A DNA stretch of 42,567 nucleotides, taken from NCBI GenBank assembly GCA_040182905.1, contig JARQWU010000064.1, positions 1 through 42,567 on the forward strand, given 5' to 3'. Below the pieces are notes generated by a model. It did not search any database, had not been told where the DNA came from, and worked only from the letters and a program-made list of their open reading frames with translations. The stretch is from Barthelona sp. PAP020 (Eukaryota). Shown piece by piece: positions 39,405 to 42,567 of this stretch (position 1 is its first letter; each line of letters starts with the position of its first letter). The position numbers and the translations under genes are program-made.

Positions 39405-40445
39405 ATGTCAGAAAAAAAAGTATTCAACAAAAATCCTCAAGTGTTGGATTGTGAAATGAGTTCAAAAAAATGTGAGTATTCTTTGATATTAAGTGAAAGA
39501 GTTTCTTCAATACTGAAAACATTGCCAGACTCATCATTTATTAAAAAGAAGATTGATGAAAATGAACGTCCTGAATGGATTTTGTTAAATTCCGAATTTA
39601 AGTATAATTACACAGAATTAAGTACTCTATGCAGAAATATTTATCATACAATTTTCAATTTATATGATTTTATCAATTTTTTGAGATTTCAATTAAAACA
39701 AAAAGACTTAACCTTTGATAATACTTCTATTGTAACAGCCGCCTTATTATGTCAGCATTTTATTATTACAAGACATCAGTCATTGTGGAATAGTGTGGAG
39801 TTAATGATCTCTGCTGTTTCAATGATTGGAAATATTAGAACATATTCTCTGTCAACAGAAACAAAAGTTAAAAAATTAATTGAAGAAAGCCTAAAAGAAT
39901 ATATACGTGTATATCGTGTGAATATTAAACTACCGAAGCCGAAAATTGAAATATGCAATGAAATAATTGAAGAGTTGTTAATAATGCATAAGTTTGACAT
40001 ATATTTTAAAACTCCTTTTGAATATTTGGAAATTTTTTTGGAAGAGGAGATTTTTAAAGATTTTGATGAAGAAGTTTTGAAAGAAATTAAAACTACCATC
40101 TCCTCCTTTATTAATGATTGTTATATGCTTCCAATTCCAATTTTTTATCCAGCAAACATAATTTTTTTTGCTGCAATGTTTATGACCAATGAAAAAATGA
40201 AGTTTTTACAGGCAAATAACCAAATTTGGAGCACTTTTAGTGAAAATGAAAAGGTTGATGGATTTTGTATCATCAATATTCTTGTAACATTTTATAATGC
40301 TTTGCTTTGTGAAAAAGAGGAAAATGTGGAAGAACAAATAATAGAAACAACAGAACAGGAACAACAAGATATAATTGATAGTAAAGACCCAAATGAATTA
40401 AATGAAATCGACAACATTGACGAAATCAAAATTGATAATGATTGA
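39405..40445 (+). CDS. Transcription-type cyclin (cyclin K/L/H/C-like), divergent
   Basis: Cyclin-box features TAALLCQHF, E.LL..HKFDIYFKTPFEYL and FINDCY...IPIFYPANII..AA. First ATG at 39405. Confidence 0.72.
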   Translation: MSEKKVFNKNPQVLDCEMSSKKCEYSLILSERVSSILKTLPDSSFIKKKIDENERPEWILLNSEFKYNYTELSTLCRNIYHTIFNLYDFINFLRFQLKQKDLTFDNTSIVTAALLCQHFIITRHQSLWNSVELMISAVSMIGNIRTYSLSTETKVKKLIEESLKEYIRVYRVNIKLPKPKIEICNEIIEELLIMHKFDIYFKTPFEYLEIFLEEEIFKDFDEEVLKEIKTTISSFINDCYMLPIPIFYPANIIFFAAMFMTNEKMKFLQANNQIWSTFSENEKVDGFCIINILVTFYNALLCEKEENVEEQIIETTEQEQQDIIDSKDPNELNEIDNIDEIKIDND

Positions 40446-40753
40446 TCAAAAGGTGATCAAATCCCATCTTTGTTTATGACTACAAAATGGTAAAGCAGAA
40501 ACAAAGAATTTCGAAGAAAAGTAAATAAATACTTATTTTTTCCTTTTACAAGAAAATTTTGGCATGCATAAACACATAGACAATTCTTTTTTTTTTTTTG
40601 AGATATTTTTTGCGATGACAAACTTTGTAAAAGATTTCTCTTCAAACAATTCACATATGATTTAATTTGAATATGCACGGAAAGATTATGTAAATGAACT
40701 TGCAAAATTCCTTGTTTTTCAAAACTCAAAGCCACACAATTTTTTCCCTTCAA

Positions 40754-42346
40754 ATGCAGCTCGTTCATATCTTAATTGTGCTATTAATATGTTCTATTGC
40801 AATAGCTTTGTGTGATGTTCAAACGATGAGTTTGAAAAAAGATTCTAATGGTCATTGGTATTACAGTTTCATTGAAACTTCAGAATATGTTGCTTTGGGC
40901 AAATTTTCAAATGAAGTTCAAAAAAATGGTTGGGGAGTGCTTGATATTCAAACATCAGAAGGATTTAGTGATTTAGATCAATTATATGCTGCTGGTTTCC
41001 TTGAAGGATTTTTGACTCAATCAATGGTATGGGATTATTATCATAATTTTATTGCACATACCTTTCCACATGGAGTTCCTGAAAAAGTTTTTGATTTTCT
41101 TCAAAAACAATGGGCTTTTATGATCAATTTATGTAGTACAGCTCCTAATGTTGATGATATATATTATAATGAATTATGCAAAACAAATCAACAATTTCAA
41201 GGTTTTGTTGATGGATACAATCGTGCTACTGTTGATCAAAAGTTATCTTTGATTGATTTATTCTTAATTACTTCTGAAGGTGATTTGTATGAAATTGTAC
41301 CTGCTGTTAATACCTCTGAACGTATTGATTTGAATGAATGTAATGATGAAGGAGACAAATGTCACACTTTATTGAGAGAACGCTCATCTTGCACTGCTTT
41401 TATTCGGTTGGGCATAGATGGTGAACTATTTTTTGGACATAATACTTGGTCTTATTATGCCTCTAATTTGCGAGTAAAGAAACAATTTCGTTTGAATTTG
41501 AAAAATGGTTTGTTTGAAACTGCCTACACATCTAAACCAGGTTATCTTTACTCCAAAGATGACTTTTATGTTGTTAAATCAACTCAAATGGCTGTATCTG
41601 AGACAACAAATAGTGTATTTGACAGTAGTTTATATAGTTATGTTGTTCCTGAATCTGTTCCTACATGGGCCAGGGTAATGATTGCCATGAGAGCCAGTAC
41701 TAATGGTTCAGAATGGGTCAGGTTATTTTCTTTGCATAATTCAGGCACTTATAATTCTCAATGGATGGTGTTAGATTTTAAGCAATTCAGGAATAATTCC
41801 CAAACCAATGTGTTATGGATTGTTGAAGCTACTCCTGGCAAGTGTTTCTCAGCTGATGTTTCTGATGTTTTGTTTAGAAAAAAACAATGGGCTTCATACA
41901 ATATTCCTTATTTTACCGATACTTACAATAGGTTAGGATATCCAGCCGCTAGAAAAAAATTTCATTTTGCTTTGAGTTATTGTTGTTGCCCAAGAGCTTG
42001 GATATTTAAACGTTTTTATTTTGATGACTTCACAATCGATCATTTTATGATGGCAATGAGGTATAACAAATATCAAACTGACCCCTATTCCCTTGGTGAT
42101 CCTGCTAATTCTTTGTGCTCAAGATATGACTTGAGAACCAAGCATGCTTCTGCTTTTGGTTGTTTGGATGCCAAAATTACTTCAAACAAATTAATTGAAG
42201 AAGGTGATGGAATTATTCAATGTGGTCCCACCCACGATGATCAAAAACCTTTTTCTTGGTCAGACTCTAAATTTTACAAAGAAAAACATGATGGCATGCC
42301 TAACACTTATGATTTTGGATGGGTTTTCCTTAAACAAAGATTATGA
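40754..42346 (+). CDS. Phospholipase B-like (PLBD/LAMA, Ntn hydrolase), secreted or lysosomal
   Basis: Signal peptide MQLVHILIVLLICSIAIA. Motifs GWGVLDI, YAAGFLEG, nucleophile SCTAFI, HNTW, SKDDFY, ETTN, NSGTYNSQWM and WASYNIPYF. Confidence 0.92.
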   Translation: MQLVHILIVLLICSIAIALCDVQTMSLKKDSNGHWYYSFIETSEYVALGKFSNEVQKNGWGVLDIQTSEGFSDLDQLYAAGFLEGFLTQSMVWDYYHNFIAHTFPHGVPEKVFDFLQKQWAFMINLCSTAPNVDDIYYNELCKTNQQFQGFVDGYNRATVDQKLSLIDLFLITSEGDLYEIVPAVNTSERIDLNECNDEGDKCHTLLRERSSCTAFIRLGIDGELFFGHNTWSYYASNLRVKKQFRLNLKNGLFETAYTSKPGYLYSKDDFYVVKSTQMAVSETTNSVFDSSLYSYVVPESVPTWARVMIAMRASTNGSEWVRLFSLHNSGTYNSQWMVLDFKQFRNNSQTNVLWIVEATPGKCFSADVSDVLFRKKQWASYNIPYFTDTYNRLGYPAARKKFHFALSYCCCPRAWIFKRFYFDDFTIDHFMMAMRYNKYQTDPYSLGDPANSLCSRYDLRTKHASAFGCLDAKITSNKLIEEGDGIIQCGPTHDDQKPFSWSDSKFYKEKHDGMPNTYDFGWVFLKQRL

Positions 42347-42567
42347 ATTGATATTAAAGGCTATAAAGGTCTTTTTTATGTTTTTACAGAGATTTAAATT
42401 TTTTTTTCTTGAAAATTTAAAGTTTCCAAAATTATGATTTTAAACAAAACAACAAAAACTGTCCTGAGTAAAAATGTATGAAAAGATGTGTTCGTTTGGA
42501 AAGAGAATTCAAAAAAAAAAATTTTTTTTTTTTTTTTTTAATTTTAATGTCAAAATTAGGTTTTTCC

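Noticed and set aside
1..42567. CRISPR arrays, transposases, rRNA, trans-spliced HSP90
   Set aside because: No repeat-spacer arrays, transposase/RT motifs or rRNA were seen. The HSP90 here is the complete ER paralog with an ordinary cis intron.

Overview
AT-rich, very gene-dense eukaryotic genomic DNA in the standard genetic code. It most likely comes from a flagellated, intron-poor protist. The fixed branch-point/3' splice-site spacing, a TGTAAA 3'-end motif and an anaerobe-type prokaryotic gene suggest a metamonad-like anaerobe, but that is inference. About 25 CDS are present: the DRC2/CCDC65 C-terminus, an EF-hand/WD40 protein, a BAR-like protein, PIG-P, GRP94, an SCP-type CTD phosphatase, a TTBK-like CK1 kinase, NSA2, a PH-Clu-TPR protein, UBA1, EB1, an LRR protein, a P-loop NTPase, NC2beta, Aquarius, a cyclin, phospholipase B and several hypotheticals. 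There is also one tRNA-Leu(CAA) and an 87-N gap. Main observations not shown by the ORF track: (1) two tiny 5'-proximal introns (34 and 37 nt) with identical CTAA-N5-AG geometry that restore the true N-termini of NSA2 and GRP94; (2) a probable lateral transfer from anaerobic bacteria or archaea (12045-12929); (3) a recurrent TGTAAA(Y) motif overlapping or just after stop codons; (4) ~60-nt bidirectional promoters; (5) two dispersed paralogs of an uncharacterised coiled-coil family; (6) a stop-interrupted but frame-intact gene at 7341-7886. All family assignments come from motif recognition by eye, not from database searches.
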